NCBI GenBank assembly: GCA_964597445.1
Contig: CAZQXO010000002.1
Location: forward strand, 10,304 to 74,303
Direction: 5' to 3'
DNA length: 64,000 nucleotides
Origin: an uncultured Bifidobacteriaceae bacterium
Lineage (GTDB): Bacteria > Actinomycetota > Actinomycetes > S36-B12
Made by a program: the position numbers and the translations under genes. Shown in pieces: positions 18,636-29,496 of this stretch (positions within the stretch are counted from its first letter, which is position 1; every line of letters begins with the position of its first letter). The notes under the pieces were generated by a model that ran no database searches, was not told the DNA's origin, and was given only the letters and a program-made list of their open reading frames with translations.

Positions 18636-19079
18636 TCAGGCCGGGGTGGAGAAGAGCCGAATGGCGGTGCGCATCGCCTCCCGCGCGCGGCGCCGATCAC
18701 GTGCATCGTCGTAGGCGATGGCCAACCGGTACCAGCCCCGCCAGTCGTCTGGCGCCGCCGCGACCTCCACCCGGCACTCCTCGAAACGCTGGTCGGCCGC
18801 CTCGCGCTCGATGCGCCCCGAGGGCGTGCGGGGCAGATCATCGCGCGGCAGACCTCCCTCCGCCGCAAGGGTGCGGCCGAGGTGCTGCGACCGTACGCCG
18901 AACATCAGCTCCCGACCCAGCATCCACGCCCCCAGCACCGGGATCACGATGACGCTGATGCCCAGCAGCACAGGAACCGGATCACCGGACGAGATGAGGA
19001 CCCACGCACGGGCTGCGACGAAGATCAGGTACACCCCGACGGCAAGCGCCAGGATCCACGCGATCGTGCGCGCGCTCAT
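18636..19079 (-). CDS. Conserved hypothetical membrane protein downstream of dapB
   Basis: ATGA overlap with the dapB stop. Two N-terminal TM helices are followed by a helical soluble tail (WRGWYRLAIAYDDARDRRRAREAMRTAIRLF, TPR-like). No recognisable catalytic motif. Confidence 0.55.
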   Translation of the reverse strand: MSARTIAWILALAVGVYLIFVAARAWVLISSGDPVPVLLGISVIVIPVLGAWMLGRELMFGVRSQHLGRTLAAEGGLPRDDLPRTPSGRIEREAADQRFEECRVEVAAAPDDWRGWYRLAIAYDDARDRRRAREAMRTAIRLFSTPA

Positions 19080-19816
19080 GGGAGGTCGAGGTAGTTGTCC
19101 AGGCCGACCGTCAGGCCCGGTCGTGCCGTCACCTCGCGAACGCCCAGCAGCACGCCCGGCATGAAGGAGGAGCGGTCGAGGGAGTCGTGACGCAGGGACA
19201 GGATCTCGCCGTCCCCTCCGAACAGGATCTCCTGGTGGGCCACGAGGCCCCGGAGGCGGATCGAGTGCACAGGCACGCCTTCGACCGAGGCCCCGCGCGC
19301 GCCCTCCATGGCACTCGCGGTGGCGTCAGGCTGCGACGGCAGATGAGTGCGTGCCTCCGCGATCGCACGGGCGGTGTGCACAGCCGTGCCGGAGGGCGCA
19401 TCGACCTTGTCGGGGTGGTGGAGCTCAACCACCTCCACCGACTCGAAGTAGGGCGCCGCCATCGCCGCGAAACGCATCATGAGCACCGCTCCGATGCCGA
19501 AGTTCGGAGCGATGAGGACACCGACCTCAGGGTGCTGGGCGCAGAGGTCCCGAACCTCCTGCAGGCGATCGGGAGTGAAGCCGGTCGTGCCCACCACGCA
19601 GTGGATTCCGCTCGCGATGCACGCGCGCAGGGTCGTCATCACAGCATCGGGAGTCGTGAAGTCGATGACGACTTCCGGTGCGGCCTCCACGACCGCCGAG
19701 ATGGGCACGCCTATGTCGATCGCCGCGACCACCTGCATGTCCTCCGCAGTCTCGACCGCCCTCACGCACGCCTCACCCATGCGCCCGCGCGCACCGACGA
19801 CCGCAACCTTGATCAC
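19076..19816 (-). CDS. dapB: 4-hydroxy-tetrahydrodipicolinate reductase
   Basis: MIKVAVVGARGRMG Rossmann start and the EVVELHHPDKVDAPSGTA signature (E-x-HH-x-K-x-DAPSGTA). Confidence 0.93.
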   Translation of the reverse strand: MIKVAVVGARGRMGEACVRAVETAEDMQVVAAIDIGVPISAVVEAAPEVVIDFTTPDAVMTTLRACIASGIHCVVGTTGFTPDRLQEVRDLCAQHPEVGVLIAPNFGIGAVLMMRFAAMAAPYFESVEVVELHHPDKVDAPSGTAVHTARAIAEARTHLPSQPDATASAMEGARGASVEGVPVHSIRLRGLVAHQEILFGGDGEILSLRHDSLDRSSFMPGVLLGVREVTARPGLTVGLDNYLDLP

Positions 19817-19856
19817 GACCGCAGCCTACCGACCCGCGGGCACGAGCCCGGGAGGC

Positions 19857-21167
19857 TCAACTCACTGCAGCGAAGGCGGCGCCCTCGTCGAAGGGGCCGA
19901 TGACGGCCAGGGTCCTCGGCGCCTCCAGGAGGTCCTGCGCGACTGCCCTGATGTCGTCCGACTCGACGGCATCCACCCGGCGAAGGACCTCATCGACGGC
20001 CAGCAGCGGCTCATGGAGCAGTTCGCTCTTCGCGATGCGGCTCATGCGCGATCCGGTGTCCTCCTGGCCGAGGACAGTGGCGCCACGCACCTGCCCCTTG
20101 CCCCGACGGATCTCATCCGCCGTCAGCCCGTGTCGGGCAACGTCGTCGAGCTGGCTCATGCACACATCCAGCACCGTGTCGACCTTGGACGGCAGGCATC
20201 CCGCGTAGACCCCGAACATGCCGTCGTCGGAGAATCCCTGGGCGTAGGAGTAGACGGAGTAGGCCAGTCCGCGCTTCTCGCGCACCTCCTGGAACAGGCG
20301 ACTGCTCATGCCGCCGCCCAACGCCGTCGAGAGCACCGACAGCGCGTAGCGCCGCGGGTCTGACCGGGTGAGTCCAGGAACGCCCAGCACCACGTGCGCC
20401 TGCTCCGTGGCACGAGAGGTGACCGCCGTGCCGGCGGGCTCCCGGGTCAGAGGTCGAGCCGCCCGCGGCCCGTCGGGCTCGGACATGCCGTCCAGGACAT
20501 CCGAGAAGGCCGCCCGGACCCGGCGAACCACCTTGTCATGATCGACATTGCCCGCCGCCGAGACGACCATCGACTCCGGTCGGTAGTGCTTGCGATAGAA
20601 GCGGCTGATCGTCCCGCGGGAGATCCCCTCGATCGTGTCCACGGTCCCGAGGATCGGACGTCCCAGGGGCGAGTCACCGAACATCGCCTGGGCGAAGAGG
20701 TCGTGCACGACGTCACCCGGATCGTCCTCGTGCATGGCGATCTCCTCGAGGATCACACCACGTTCGGCTTCCACATCCCCGGATCGGAGCAGGGCGCCGA
20801 TGACCACGTCCGACACGACGTCGATGGCCAGATCGGCGTCCTCGTCCAGTACGCGTGCGTAGTAGCACGTGTACTCCTTGGTGGTGAAGGCGTTGAGGTC
20901 ACCTCCCACGGCCTCGATCGAGGATGAGATGTCCATCGCTGACCGGCGAGCCGTCCCCTTGAACAGGAGGTGCTCGAGGTAGTGCGCAGAACCCATCTGT
21001 GCTGCCGTCTCATCCCTGGAGCCGGCATTGACCCAGATGCCGAAGGCGACGGAGCGCACACCGGGCACCTGCTCCGTGATGACCCTGAGGCCACCCGGCA
21101 GGAGGGTGCGGCGGACGATGCCGCCATCACCCTCCCGCAGGAGTGTGCGAGTCTGCGCCCTAGGCAT
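19857..21167 (-). CDS. M16-family (pitrilysin/insulinase) zinc peptidase
   Basis: Inverted zinc motif [11 protein letters not shown] (HxxEH); ~436 aa; standard position immediately downstream of pnp. I chose the internal ATG at 21167, 2 nt after the pnp TAG. Confidence 0.9.
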   Translation of the reverse strand: MPRAQTRTLLREGDGGIVRRTLLPGGLRVITEQVPGVRSVAFGIWVNAGSRDETAAQMGSAHYLEHLLFKGTARRSAMDISSSIEAVGGDLNAFTTKEYTCYYARVLDEDADLAIDVVSDVVIGALLRSGDVEAERGVILEEIAMHEDDPGDVVHDLFAQAMFGDSPLGRPILGTVDTIEGISRGTISRFYRKHYRPESMVVSAAGNVDHDKVVRRVRAAFSDVLDGMSEPDGPRAARPLTREPAGTAVTSRATEQAHVVLGVPGLTRSDPRRYALSVLSTALGGGMSSRLFQEVREKRGLAYSVYSYAQGFSDDGMFGVYAGCLPSKVDTVLDVCMSQLDDVARHGLTADEIRRGKGQVRGATVLGQEDTGSRMSRIAKSELLHEPLLAVDEVLRRVDAVESDDIRAVAQDLLEAPRTLAVIGPFDEGAAFAAVS

Positions 21168-23361
21168 CGGCGCCAGCAGCGCCTTCCTCGACGACCGGCA
21201 CCAGCGACAGCTTGCCTCGCGAGTCGATCTCCTTGATCTCGACCTCGAGCTTGGTGCCCACGGAGAGGACGTCCTCGACGTTCTCGACGCGCTTGCCACC
21301 GTTCAGCTTCTTGATCTCGGTGATGTGCAGGAGTCCGTCCTTGCCCGGCATCAGGGACACGAATGCGCCGAACGTGGTGGTCTTAACGACCGTGCCCAGG
21401 TAGCGCTCCCCCACCTCGGGCATGGTCGGGTTGGCGATCGCATTGATGGCAGCCCGAGCGGCCTCTGCAGACGGGCCGTCCACGGCACCGATGTAGATCG
21501 TGCCGTCGTCCTCGATGGTGATGTCAGCGCCAGTGTCCTCCTGGATCTGGTTGATGATCTTGCCCTTGGGCCCGATCACCTCGCCGATCTTGTCGACGGG
21601 CACGGTGATGCTGATGACTCGCGGTGCCGTCGGCGCCATCTCGTCGGGGGCGTCGATCGCCTCGGTCATGACATCGAGGATCGTCATGCGTGCATCGCGC
21701 GCCTGCTGGAGCGCCTCGCCCAGGACCTCGGCGGGGATGCCGTCCAGCTTGGTGTCGAGCTGGAGCGCCGTGACGAAGTCACGGGTGCCGGCGACCTTGA
21801 AGTCCATGTCGCCGAAGGCATCCTCGGCACCGAGGATGTCGGTGATCGCCACGTACTCCGTGGAGCCGTCGACGTCGCCCGAGATCAGGCCCATGGCGAT
21901 GCCCGCCACAGGTGCCCTCAGGGGCACACCAGCGTTCAGCAGGGACATGGTGGAGGCACAGACCGAGCCCATCGAGGTGGATCCGTTGGACCCCAGCGCC
22001 TCCGAGACCTGCCGGATGGCGTACGGGAACTCCTCACGTGACGGCAGCACGGGCAGGAGCGCCCGCTCGGCGAGCGCGCCATGGCCGATCTCGCGACGCT
22101 TGGGCGAACCCACGCGACCCGTCTCACCCGTGGAGTACGGCGGGAAGTTGTAGTTGTGCATGTAGCGCTTGCGGTTGTCCGGATTGAGGGTGTCGAGCTG
22201 CTGCTCCATGCGCAGCATGTTGAGTGTCGTGACTCCCAGGATCTGGGTCTCGCCGCGCTCGAACAGGGCCGAGCCGTGGACGCGCGGGAGGACGTCGACC
22301 TCGGCGCCGAGGGTGCGGATGTCGGTGATGCCGCGACCGTCGATGCGCACCTTGTCGCGCAGCACGCGATCACGGACGACCTTCTTCGTGACCGAGCGGA
22401 CCGCAGCCGAGATCTCCTTCTCACGGCCCTCGAACTCGACGGCCAACTCCGCCGTGACGACCTTCTTGATGTCGTCGAGACGCGCCTCACGATCGGCCTT
22501 GCTCACGATCGTCATCGCCTCGCGGATGTCAGCGAGCGACAGTCGCTCCACCGCGTCGTAGACATCGGCCTGGTAGTCCAGGAAGAGCGGGAAGTCCGCC
22601 GTCGGCTTGGCTGCGACCTTCGCCAGCTCGATCTGCGCCTCGCACAGCACGCGGATGAACGCCTTCGAGGCGTCGAGCCCCTGCGCGACGACCTCCTCGG
22701 TCGGCGCCGTGGCACCGCCCGCGATCAGCTCGATGGTGCGGTCAGTGGCCTCGGCCTCGACCATCATGATGGCGACATCGTCGCCCGCGATCCGACCCGC
22801 GACGACCATGTCGAACACGGCCTCCTCGAGCTGTGCGTGGGTCGGGAAGGCCACCCACTGACCGCGGATGAGAGCCACGCGCACTCCGCCGACCGGACCA
22901 CTGAAGGGCAGGCCGGCCAGCTGGGTCGACGCGGATGCCGCGTTGATCGCCACCACGTCGTAGAGATCCTGCGGATTGAGGGCCATGACGGTGATGACGA
23001 CCTGGACCTCATTGCGCAGGCCCTTGGTGAAGGTCGGGCGCAGCGGGCGGTCGATGAGGCGGCAGGTGAGGATGGCATCCTCCGAGGGCCGTCCCTCGCG
23101 CCGGAAGAAGGAACCGGGGATGCGACCGACGGAGTACATCCGCTCCTCGACGTCGACCGTCAGCGGGAAGAAGTCGAACTGGTCCTTCGGCTGCTTGCCG
23201 GCCGTCGTGGCCGAGAGCAGCATCGTGTCGTCATCGAGGTAGACAGCGACCGAGCCGGCTGCCTGGCGGGCGAGCCGCCCGGTCTCGAAGCGGATCGTGC
23301 GAGTGCCGAGCGCGCCATTGTCGATGACGGCCTCGGTGGTTGAGATCTGGGAACCCTCCAC
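21160..23361 (-). CDS. pnp: Polyribonucleotide nucleotidyltransferase (PNPase)
   Basis: Two RNase PH domains plus KH ([23 protein letters not shown]) and S1 ([32 protein letters not shown]-like). I chose the GTG at 23361 because AGGAGG (23367-23372 on the gene strand) lies 5 nt upstream. Confidence 0.95.
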   Translation of the reverse strand: MEGSQISTTEAVIDNGALGTRTIRFETGRLARQAAGSVAVYLDDDTMLLSATTAGKQPKDQFDFFPLTVDVEERMYSVGRIPGSFFRREGRPSEDAILTCRLIDRPLRPTFTKGLRNEVQVVITVMALNPQDLYDVVAINAASASTQLAGLPFSGPVGGVRVALIRGQWVAFPTHAQLEEAVFDMVVAGRIAGDDVAIMMVEAEATDRTIELIAGGATAPTEEVVAQGLDASKAFIRVLCEAQIELAKVAAKPTADFPLFLDYQADVYDAVERLSLADIREAMTIVSKADREARLDDIKKVVTAELAVEFEGREKEISAAVRSVTKKVVRDRVLRDKVRIDGRGITDIRTLGAEVDVLPRVHGSALFERGETQILGVTTLNMLRMEQQLDTLNPDNRKRYMHNYNFPPYSTGETGRVGSPKRREIGHGALAERALLPVLPSREEFPYAIRQVSEALGSNGSTSMGSVCASTMSLLNAGVPLRAPVAGIAMGLISGDVDGSTEYVAITDILGAEDAFGDMDFKVAGTRDFVTALQLDTKLDGIPAEVLGEALQQARDARMTILDVMTEAIDAPDEMAPTAPRVISITVPVDKIGEVIGPKGKIINQIQEDTGADITIEDDGTIYIGAVDGPSAEAARAAINAIANPTMPEVGERYLGTVVKTTTFGAFVSLMPGKDGLLHITEIKKLNGGKRVENVEDVLSVGTKLEVEIKEIDSRGKLSLVPVVEEGAAGADA

Positions 23362-23598
23362 GGGTGCCTCCTGTTCACGAGAGGGGAACAGGGACGTCAC
23401 GCTGGGCGACCGGTGGCGGTCTTCGATCGAGGCCCACGGGCGCATCACGATGCTCCCGGAGGTCACTACCGAGGACCGACGACTGGCGCGCTCGTTGCGA
23501 CGCCCCGGATCCGGTACGAGCCTGATTGTCGGCTCCTGGTTCTTGGCTATGGAGTTGTGGTGCGGTCAGGCCCACCGGAGTCGGCCCGACCGTCGGAA
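23362..23598 (-). promoter_or_regulatory. rpsO-pnp intergenic leader; candidate Actino-pnp-type autoregulatory RNA, including a 9-bp hairpin at 23564-23591
   Basis: A 237-nt untranslated gap sits directly 5' of pnp. The hairpin (gene strand) is GGTCGGGCC-loop-GGGCCTGACC, just after the rpsO stop. A conserved structured pnp leader is known in Actinobacteria (Rfam Actino-pnp). I cannot run a covariance model. Confidence 0.4.
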
Positions 23599-23868
23599 CT
23601 AGCGACGCAGGCCGAGCTTCTCGATGATCGCCCGGTAGCGCTCGATGTCGGTCTTGGTCAGGTACTGCAGCAGGCGGCGGCGCTGGCCCACGAGGATCAG
23701 CAGGCCACGACGACTGTGGTGATCGTGCTTGTGCTGCTTCAGGTGCTCCGTCAGGTCGGAGATGCGACGGGTCAGCATCGCGATCTGGACCTCAGGGCTG
23801 CCCGTGTCTCCGGGCTTGGAGCCGAACTCGGCGATGATCTGCTGCTTCGTGGCGCTGTCGAGCGGCAT
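23599..23868 (-). CDS. rpsO: 30S ribosomal protein S15
   Basis: [70 protein letters not shown]; classic S15, 89 aa from the ATG at 23868. Confidence 0.95.
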   Translation of the reverse strand: MPLDSATKQQIIAEFGSKPGDTGSPEVQIAMLTRRISDLTEHLKQHKHDHHSRRGLLILVGQRRRLLQYLTKTDIERYRAIIEKLGLRR

Positions 23869-23989
23869 AGGAATTCCTTCACTCGCCCCGGAGGGCGGTC
23901 GAGATGACACGAACCACTGCGCTCGGGTGAGCCCGGTGGCCGTCGGAGCCCCGAGGCTACCAGCACGGGGCCCGGGCGACCGACACCGG

Positions 23990-24904
23990 TCAGGTGGCCA
24001 GCAGGCTCCGGGCCGCGGCGACGTCGCGGCTCATCTGGTCCACGAGGGCGTCCACGTCGTCGAAGCGCTGCTGTCCACGCAGCCGTTCGAGGAACTCCAG
24101 CCGCACGGCGCGGCCGTAGAGGTCCAGGTCGGCCCGATCCAGCACGTAGGCCTCGACCCTCGTCTCCCGCCCGTCGAACTGGGGATTGGTGCCCACCGAG
24201 ATCGCCGCCGGGAGGCGGTCCCGACCTTCGGTCAGCCAGCCGGCATACACCCCGTCCGCTGGCAGGACGGGGTCATCGGACCACGAGAGGTTGGCCGTGG
24301 GGTAGCCGAGCTCCCGGCCCCGGTGATCCCCGTGGACGACGTCGCCGTCGAGTGCATAGGGACGGTCGAGCGCCACGCCCGCCTCCTTCACGCGTCCCTG
24401 CTCGATCAGGGCCCGGATCCCCGTGGACGACCATCGGTCGCCGTCCTCACCGACCAGCCCCAGCCCGGTCACCGTGAAGCCCTCACCCCTGCCCAGCTCC
24501 TCCAGCGTTGCCACCGATCCGGCAGCCCCACGACCGAACCGGAAGTCCTCCCCCACGACGATGTGTCGGGCAGCGAGCGAGCCCACCAGCACGTCACGGG
24601 CGAACTCCTCAGGAGGCATGGACGCCAGGGACGCGTCGAAGCCCAGCACCGCGACCTCGTCCGCCCCCGCCGAGCGCAGCAGCTCGCACCGGTGCGCGAG
24701 GGTCGCGAGGGACTCCGGTGCGACGCGGGGACCCACGACGGACATCGGATGGGGATCGAAGGTCACCGCCACGAGGGGCAGCCCCAGACGATCCGCATGC
24801 CGACGACCCTCGGCGATGAGCGCCCGATGCCCACGGTGCACCCCGTCGAAGACGCCGATCGTCAGCACGCTCCCCTGGGCCACGGCGCCACTGTAGGAGG
24901 TCAC
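23990..24904 (-). CDS. ribF: Bifunctional riboflavin kinase / FMN adenylyltransferase
   Basis: [17 protein letters not shown] nucleotidyltransferase motif and a C-terminal riboflavin kinase domain (PTANL...GVYAG...ISVGTNPQF). Confidence 0.93.
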   Translation of the reverse strand: MTSYSGAVAQGSVLTIGVFDGVHRGHRALIAEGRRHADRLGLPLVAVTFDPHPMSVVGPRVAPESLATLAHRCELLRSAGADEVAVLGFDASLASMPPEEFARDVLVGSLAARHIVVGEDFRFGRGAAGSVATLEELGRGEGFTVTGLGLVGEDGDRWSSTGIRALIEQGRVKEAGVALDRPYALDGDVVHGDHRGRELGYPTANLSWSDDPVLPADGVYAGWLTEGRDRLPAAISVGTNPQFDGRETRVEAYVLDRADLDLYGRAVRLEFLERLRGQQRFDDVDALVDQMSRDVAAARSLLAT

Positions 24905-25809
24905 GACACGAAGACAGCCAGGTAGACCGGGCCTTGCGGGGACGGGCCCACGAGAGCCAGGAGCTCCCCACCCGCCGACAGCACCGCCGTCGGTGCGGTG
25001 ATCGTCGCAGGGAGAAGATCGGCCAGGGGTCGTCCGTGGCGGATCCCGTCCGCACCCGTCGTCGGCACGGTCACGACCGGGAAGGCACGTCGCGCCAACT
25101 CCCCGAGCGGGAGGAGCAGGTCCTGCGGTCGCACTGCCGAGGTCAACTCTTCCAGCGAGCAGGCCTCATCGACATGCCACCCTCCGACACGCGTGCGCCG
25201 CAGCGCCGTGAGGTGACCGCCCACACCCAGCATGGCCCCGAGATCCCGGGCAAGGGCTCGGACGTAGGTGCCCGTGCTGCACGTGACGCTCACCTCGACA
25301 TCGAGAGCACCCGGCGAGCGGTCGACAGAGAGGATCTCGAAGCGATCGACACGCACGCGGCGGGCCGCGAGCTCCACCTTCTCCCCGGCCCGCACGAGCG
25401 CGTGCGCGCGCTTGCCCTCGACCTTGATGGCGCTGACCGCCGTGGGCACCTGATCGATGTCGCCGGTGAGGGAGGCGACCCCGCGATCGAGGGACTCGCG
25501 GGTGACAGCGGACAGCGCAGCCTCATTGGCCACAGCGAGGACGTCACCCTCGCGATCATCCGTGACCGTGGTCGCACCGAGCCTGATCGTGGCGACGTAG
25601 TCCTTGTCGCGCAGGGCGAGATGGCCCAGGAGCCGCGTGGCGCGCCCCACTCCCACCAGGAGAACGCCCGTGGCCATCGGATCGAGAGTGCCCGCATGCC
25701 CGACCTTGCGGGTGCCGAGCGAGCGCCGCACGATCCCGACCACCCCGTGCGACGTGATGCCCTCCGGCTTGTCGATCACGAGCAGCCCGGACGGCCCCGA
25801 GTCGCTCAC
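24901..25809 (-). CDS. truB: tRNA pseudouridine(55) synthase TruB
   Basis: GLLVIDKPEGITSHGVV and the catalytic GHAGTLDPMATGVLLVG motif. Confidence 0.93.
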   Translation of the reverse strand: MSDSGPSGLLVIDKPEGITSHGVVGIVRRSLGTRKVGHAGTLDPMATGVLLVGVGRATRLLGHLALRDKDYVATIRLGATTVTDDREGDVLAVANEAALSAVTRESLDRGVASLTGDIDQVPTAVSAIKVEGKRAHALVRAGEKVELAARRVRVDRFEILSVDRSPGALDVEVSVTCSTGTYVRALARDLGAMLGVGGHLTALRRTRVGGWHVDEACSLEELTSAVRPQDLLLPLGELARRAFPVVTVPTTGADGIRHGRPLADLLPATITAPTAVLSAGGELLALVGPSPQGPVYLAVFVS

Positions 25810-26243
25810 TCCTCGATCCGCTCCTCGTGGGGGTGCCGGTAGGGGTCGGCCTCACCCGCGGGAGTCGCGTGGGCGGCCAGCTCGTGGACGGCGGCGTCCG
25901 ACTCGGCCGCTTGGCGGAGGAGGTCCTCAACGTGCCGTGCGGTGTCGGGGATCGCATCCGGGATGAATGCCAGGGTCGGCGTGAACTTGATTCCCGTCTG
26001 CCGGCCCACCTCCGACCGGAGGATGCCGCGTGCGGACTCCAAGGCAGCCGCTGTCGCCTGCCGCGCCTCGTCATCGCCGAGGACGGTGTAGAAGACGGAC
26101 GCCTCGCGGAGGTCCGGCGTGACCCGAACATCGGTGACCGTGATGAAGCCCAGACGGGGATCCTTGATCTTCATCTCCAGCGTCTCCGCCACGATGACCT
26201 TGATCCGATCGGCCAGCTTCCGCTGACGAGCCTCGCTTGCCAC
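25806..26243 (-). CDS. rbfA: Ribosome-binding factor A
   Basis: RQRKLADRIKVIVAETLEMKIKDPRLGFITVTDVRVTPDLREASVFYT; canonical infB-rbfA-truB order. Confidence 0.9.
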   Translation of the reverse strand: MASEARQRKLADRIKVIVAETLEMKIKDPRLGFITVTDVRVTPDLREASVFYTVLGDDEARQATAAALESARGILRSEVGRQTGIKFTPTLAFIPDAIPDTARHVEDLLRQAAESDAAVHELAAHATPAGEADPYRHPHEERIEE

Positions 26244-26245
26244 GG

Positions 26246-29032
26246 TCAGACCTTCCTGGGCTTCTCACGCATCTCGAAGGTCTCGATCACGTCGTCGACC
26301 TTGAGGTCCTGGTAGTTGCCGAGGTTGATGCCGCACTCGAAGCCCTCACGCACCTCCGTGACATCGTCCTTGAAGCGACGCAGGCCCGCGAGAGTGAGGT
26401 CGTCAGCGACCACCGCACCGTCGCGGATGAGCCGGGCCTTCGCATTGCGACGCACCTCACCCGACTTCACGATGCAGCCGGCGATCGTGCCGAACTTCGA
26501 CGACTTGAACACCTCACGCACCTCGGCAGTACCGAGCTGCACCTCTTCGAACTCCGGCTTCAGCATGCCGCGCAGGGCCGCCTCGACCTCCTCGATCGCC
26601 TGGTAGATGACGCTGTAGTAGCGCACATCCACGCCCTCCTCGGCGGCCAGCTCGGCGACCTTGCCCTCTGGGCGGACGTTGAATCCGATGATGACGGCCT
26701 TGGACGCACTGGCCAGGGTCACATCGTTCTTGTTGATGGCACCGACGCCACGATGGATGACGCGCAGGTTGACCTCGTCGCCGACGTCGATCTTGAGCAG
26801 GGCATCCTCGAGAGCCTCGACGGAGCCGGAGACGTCGCCCTTGATGATCAGCGTGAGCTCGGCGACCTCTCCCTTCTCGAGGGACTCCAGGAAGTCCTCG
26901 AGGGACCGCTTCACCCGGTTCCGCGCCAGCAGCGCATTGCGCTCCCGCGCCTGACGGGTCTGGGCGATCTGGCGAGCGACCCGATCCTCAGCCACGACCA
27001 TGAAACTGTCACCAGCACCCGGCACCGAGGTGAGACCGAGCACCTGCACCGGCATGGACGGACCCGCCTCCTCGACCGGGTTGCCGTCATCGTCGAGCAT
27101 GGCGCGCACACGACCGAAGGCATCGCCCGCCACGATCGAGTCGCCAGGACGCAGCGTGCCACGCTGGACGAGCACCGTCGCCACGGGGCCACGACCGCGG
27201 TCGAGGTGGGCCTCGATGGCCACACCCTGGGCGTCCTGGTCCGGGTTCGCCCGCAGATCGAGAGCCGCGTCCGCCGTGAGGAGGACCGCCTCAAGCAGCT
27301 CCTCCAGGCCCGTGCCCTTCGTTGCCGAGACATCGACGAACATCGTGTCGCCGCCGTACTCCTCCGCCACGAGCCCGTACTCCGTGAGCTGACCACGCAC
27401 CTTCTGCGGGTCTGCGCCCTCCTTGTCGATCTTGTTGACCGCCACCACAATCGGCACGCCTGCTGCCTGAGCATGGTTCAGCGCCTCGATGGTCTGAGGC
27501 TTCACGCCGTCATCCGCGGCCACCACGAGGATCGAGATGTCGGTCACCTGCGCACCTCGAGCGCGCATCGCCGTGAAGGCCTCGTGTCCCGGGGTGTCGA
27601 TGAAGGTGATCCGACGCTCCACGCCCTCGGACGTGCGCGTCCCGACCTGGTAGGCCCCGATGTGCTGGGTGATCCCGCCAGCCTCGCCGCTGACGACGTT
27701 CGTCGAACGGATCGCATCGAGGAGCTTCGTCTTGCCATGGTCGACGTGACCCATGACCGTGACGACCGGCGGGCGGATCTCGAGATCCTCGTCCTCGCCC
27801 TCGTGCTCTCCGAACTCCAGATCGAAGGACTCCAGCAGTTCGCGGTCCTCGTCCTCGGGCGAGACGACCTGAACGTCGTAGTTGAGTTCGCTGCCCAGCA
27901 GGCGAAGCGTGTCATCGTCGATGGACTGCGTTGCGGTGACCATCTCACCCAGGCCGATCAGCACCTTGACGAGGTCCGCCGGAAGAGCGTCGATGCGCTC
28001 AGCGAAATCGGTCAGGCTGGCACCGCGCGGAAGGCGCACGGTCTCGCCACTGCCCCGCTTGATGCGAACGCCATCCATGATGGGCGCCTGCATGTTGTCG
28101 AACTCCTGGCGCTTCGCGCGCTTGGACTTCCGTCCTCGCGACGGCCGACCGCCGGGCTTGCCGAAGGCGCCCGCCGTCGTTCCACGACCGCCCGGGCCAC
28201 CGGGACGACCGCCGGGACCACCGGGACGACCGCCGGGACCACCGGGCGCGCCCGGACCGCCCGGGCCTGCCGGGCCGCGACCGTAGCCACCGGGCCCACC
28301 CGGGCCACCGGGACGGGCACCCGGGCCACCGGGACCGCGACCGTAGCCACCGGGCCCACCCGGTCCACCGGGTCGAGCACCCGGGCCACCGGGACGGGCC
28401 CCTGGACCTGCGGGACCGCCCGGGCGTGCGGGGCGTGGAGGCATCATGCCGGGATTCGGGCGCGGCGCCCCCGGCACCGCGGGAGCCGGGCGACCCATGC
28501 CCGTGCCAGGGCCGCTGCTGAAGGGGTTGTTGCCCGGACGGGGTCCGGCCGGGCGGCCCATGCCGGTGCCGGTGCCGAACGGATTGTTGCCCGGACGGGG
28601 TCCGGCCGGGCGGGGTGCCGGCCGCGGAGCGGACTCGGCGCCCGGGGCAGCTGCGGGAGCCTCCGCCGTCGCAGCGTCGGTCGCCTCGGCTGCGGGAGCG
28701 GCAGCAGGGGGCGTCGGAGGGACGGGGACGGCGGCGGGTGCGGGAGCAGGAACGGGAGCAGGCTCCGCCGCCACCGGTGGGGCGGGAGTCTCCTCCGGAG
28801 CGCTCGGCACGGTGGTCGTCTTCGCGGCGGTGGCCTTCTTGGCTGCCGTCTTCTTCGCCGCGGGCTTGGCCTCCGCCGGGGGCATGGCCTCGCGGAGTCG
28901 TCGCGCGACGGGCGCCTCGACCGTGGACGAGGCGGACTTCACGAACTCGCCCATGTCCTGCAGTTTGGCGAGGACATCCTTGCTGGTTACCCCGAGCTCC
29001 TTGGCGAGCTCATGGACCCGAACCTTCGACAC
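26246..29032 (-). CDS. infB: Translation initiation factor IF-2
   Basis: [16 protein letters not shown]-terminus, long Pro/Gly/Ala-rich disordered region, and a G domain [17 protein letters not shown]...DTPGHEAF...NKID. Confidence 0.97.
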   Translation of the reverse strand: MSKVRVHELAKELGVTSKDVLAKLQDMGEFVKSASSTVEAPVARRLREAMPPAEAKPAAKKTAAKKATAAKTTTVPSAPEETPAPPVAAEPAPVPAPAPAAVPVPPTPPAAAPAAEATDAATAEAPAAAPGAESAPRPAPRPAGPRPGNNPFGTGTGMGRPAGPRPGNNPFSSGPGTGMGRPAPAVPGAPRPNPGMMPPRPARPGGPAGPGARPGGPGARPGGPGGPGGYGRGPGGPGARPGGPGGPGGYGRGPAGPGGPGAPGGPGGRPGGPGGRPGGPGGRGTTAGAFGKPGGRPSRGRKSKRAKRQEFDNMQAPIMDGVRIKRGSGETVRLPRGASLTDFAERIDALPADLVKVLIGLGEMVTATQSIDDDTLRLLGSELNYDVQVVSPEDEDRELLESFDLEFGEHEGEDEDLEIRPPVVTVMGHVDHGKTKLLDAIRSTNVVSGEAGGITQHIGAYQVGTRTSEGVERRITFIDTPGHEAFTAMRARGAQVTDISILVVAADDGVKPQTIEALNHAQAAGVPIVVAVNKIDKEGADPQKVRGQLTEYGLVAEEYGGDTMFVDVSATKGTGLEELLEAVLLTADAALDLRANPDQDAQGVAIEAHLDRGRGPVATVLVQRGTLRPGDSIVAGDAFGRVRAMLDDDGNPVEEAGPSMPVQVLGLTSVPGAGDSFMVVAEDRVARQIAQTRQARERNALLARNRVKRSLEDFLESLEKGEVAELTLIIKGDVSGSVEALEDALLKIDVGDEVNLRVIHRGVGAINKNDVTLASASKAVIIGFNVRPEGKVAELAAEEGVDVRYYSVIYQAIEEVEAALRGMLKPEFEEVQLGTAEVREVFKSSKFGTIAGCIVKSGEVRRNAKARLIRDGAVVADDLTLAGLRRFKDDVTEVREGFECGINLGNYQDLKVDDVIETFEMREKPRKV
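28190..28400. repeat. In-frame tandem repeats inside infB (60-nt unit x2 at 28277-28336 / 28337-28396 with 3 mismatches, plus shorter ~21-nt repeats at ~28195-28250) encoding [20 protein letters not shown] repeats
   Basis: Units aligned by eye on the plus strand. The protein shows [20 protein letters not shown] twice, followed by [18 protein letters not shown]. Confidence 0.75.
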
Positions 29033-29116
29033 AACTCTCCTGTCTTGGTCCGGGCAGGGTGCTCCGGACCGTCAGTGCACGTGAGACACGTTCATCGTCG
29101 CGCGCTCATGGGGTGT

Positions 29117-29440
29117 TCATCCTCGAACTCCCGGTCCGTTCGACCGGCGACCATCGCCGGTGACGTGCGGCCCGAGCGGGTGCTCGAGCCGGTCGTTCTC
29201 GTGTCCGCTCCCGAGGACGAGGACCGCGCGGAGGGCGCTGGTGTCCAGCGGTCCCTCCACTCGCAGCGCCCGGCCCCAGGCCCTGGCACGTTCCGCTCGA
29301 TCGAGGCACTGCAGGGAGGGGTGCACGTGAGCACCGCGACCCGGCAGCCGTCGAGCGGGATCTGGGACGACCCTGCCCAACTGCGCCACGACCCTGATGA
29401 GCGTCGCCGCATCGTCCCTGACCCGACATCCCACGCACAT
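29117..29440 (-). CDS. ylxR: YlxR-family (DUF448) RNA-binding protein
   Basis: [18 protein letters not shown]...[34 protein letters not shown] matches the R-x-C-x-x-C ... GRGAY ... C ... A pattern of YlxR, and it sits in the conserved slot between nusA and infB. The start is uncertain: ATG at 29440, or an upstream GTG. Confidence 0.7.
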   Translation of the reverse strand: MCVGCRVRDDAATLIRVVAQLGRVVPDPARRLPGRGAHVHPSLQCLDRAERARAWGRALRVEGPLDTSALRAVLVLGSGHENDRLEHPLGPHVTGDGRRSNGPGVRG

Positions 29441-29496
29441 GCGCAGGAACCCGACTGGGGCGACCGTCGCCGAGTGTACTCCTCCAGCCACCTCGC

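Noticed and set aside
23869-23989. Possible S15 autoregulatory leader or ribF terminator upstream of rpsO (hairpin gccccg-N12-cggggc near 23948-23971)
   Set aside because: The stem is only 6 bp with a large loop and no U-tract, and I cannot match it to a known S15 leader class by eye. The support is too weak to call.
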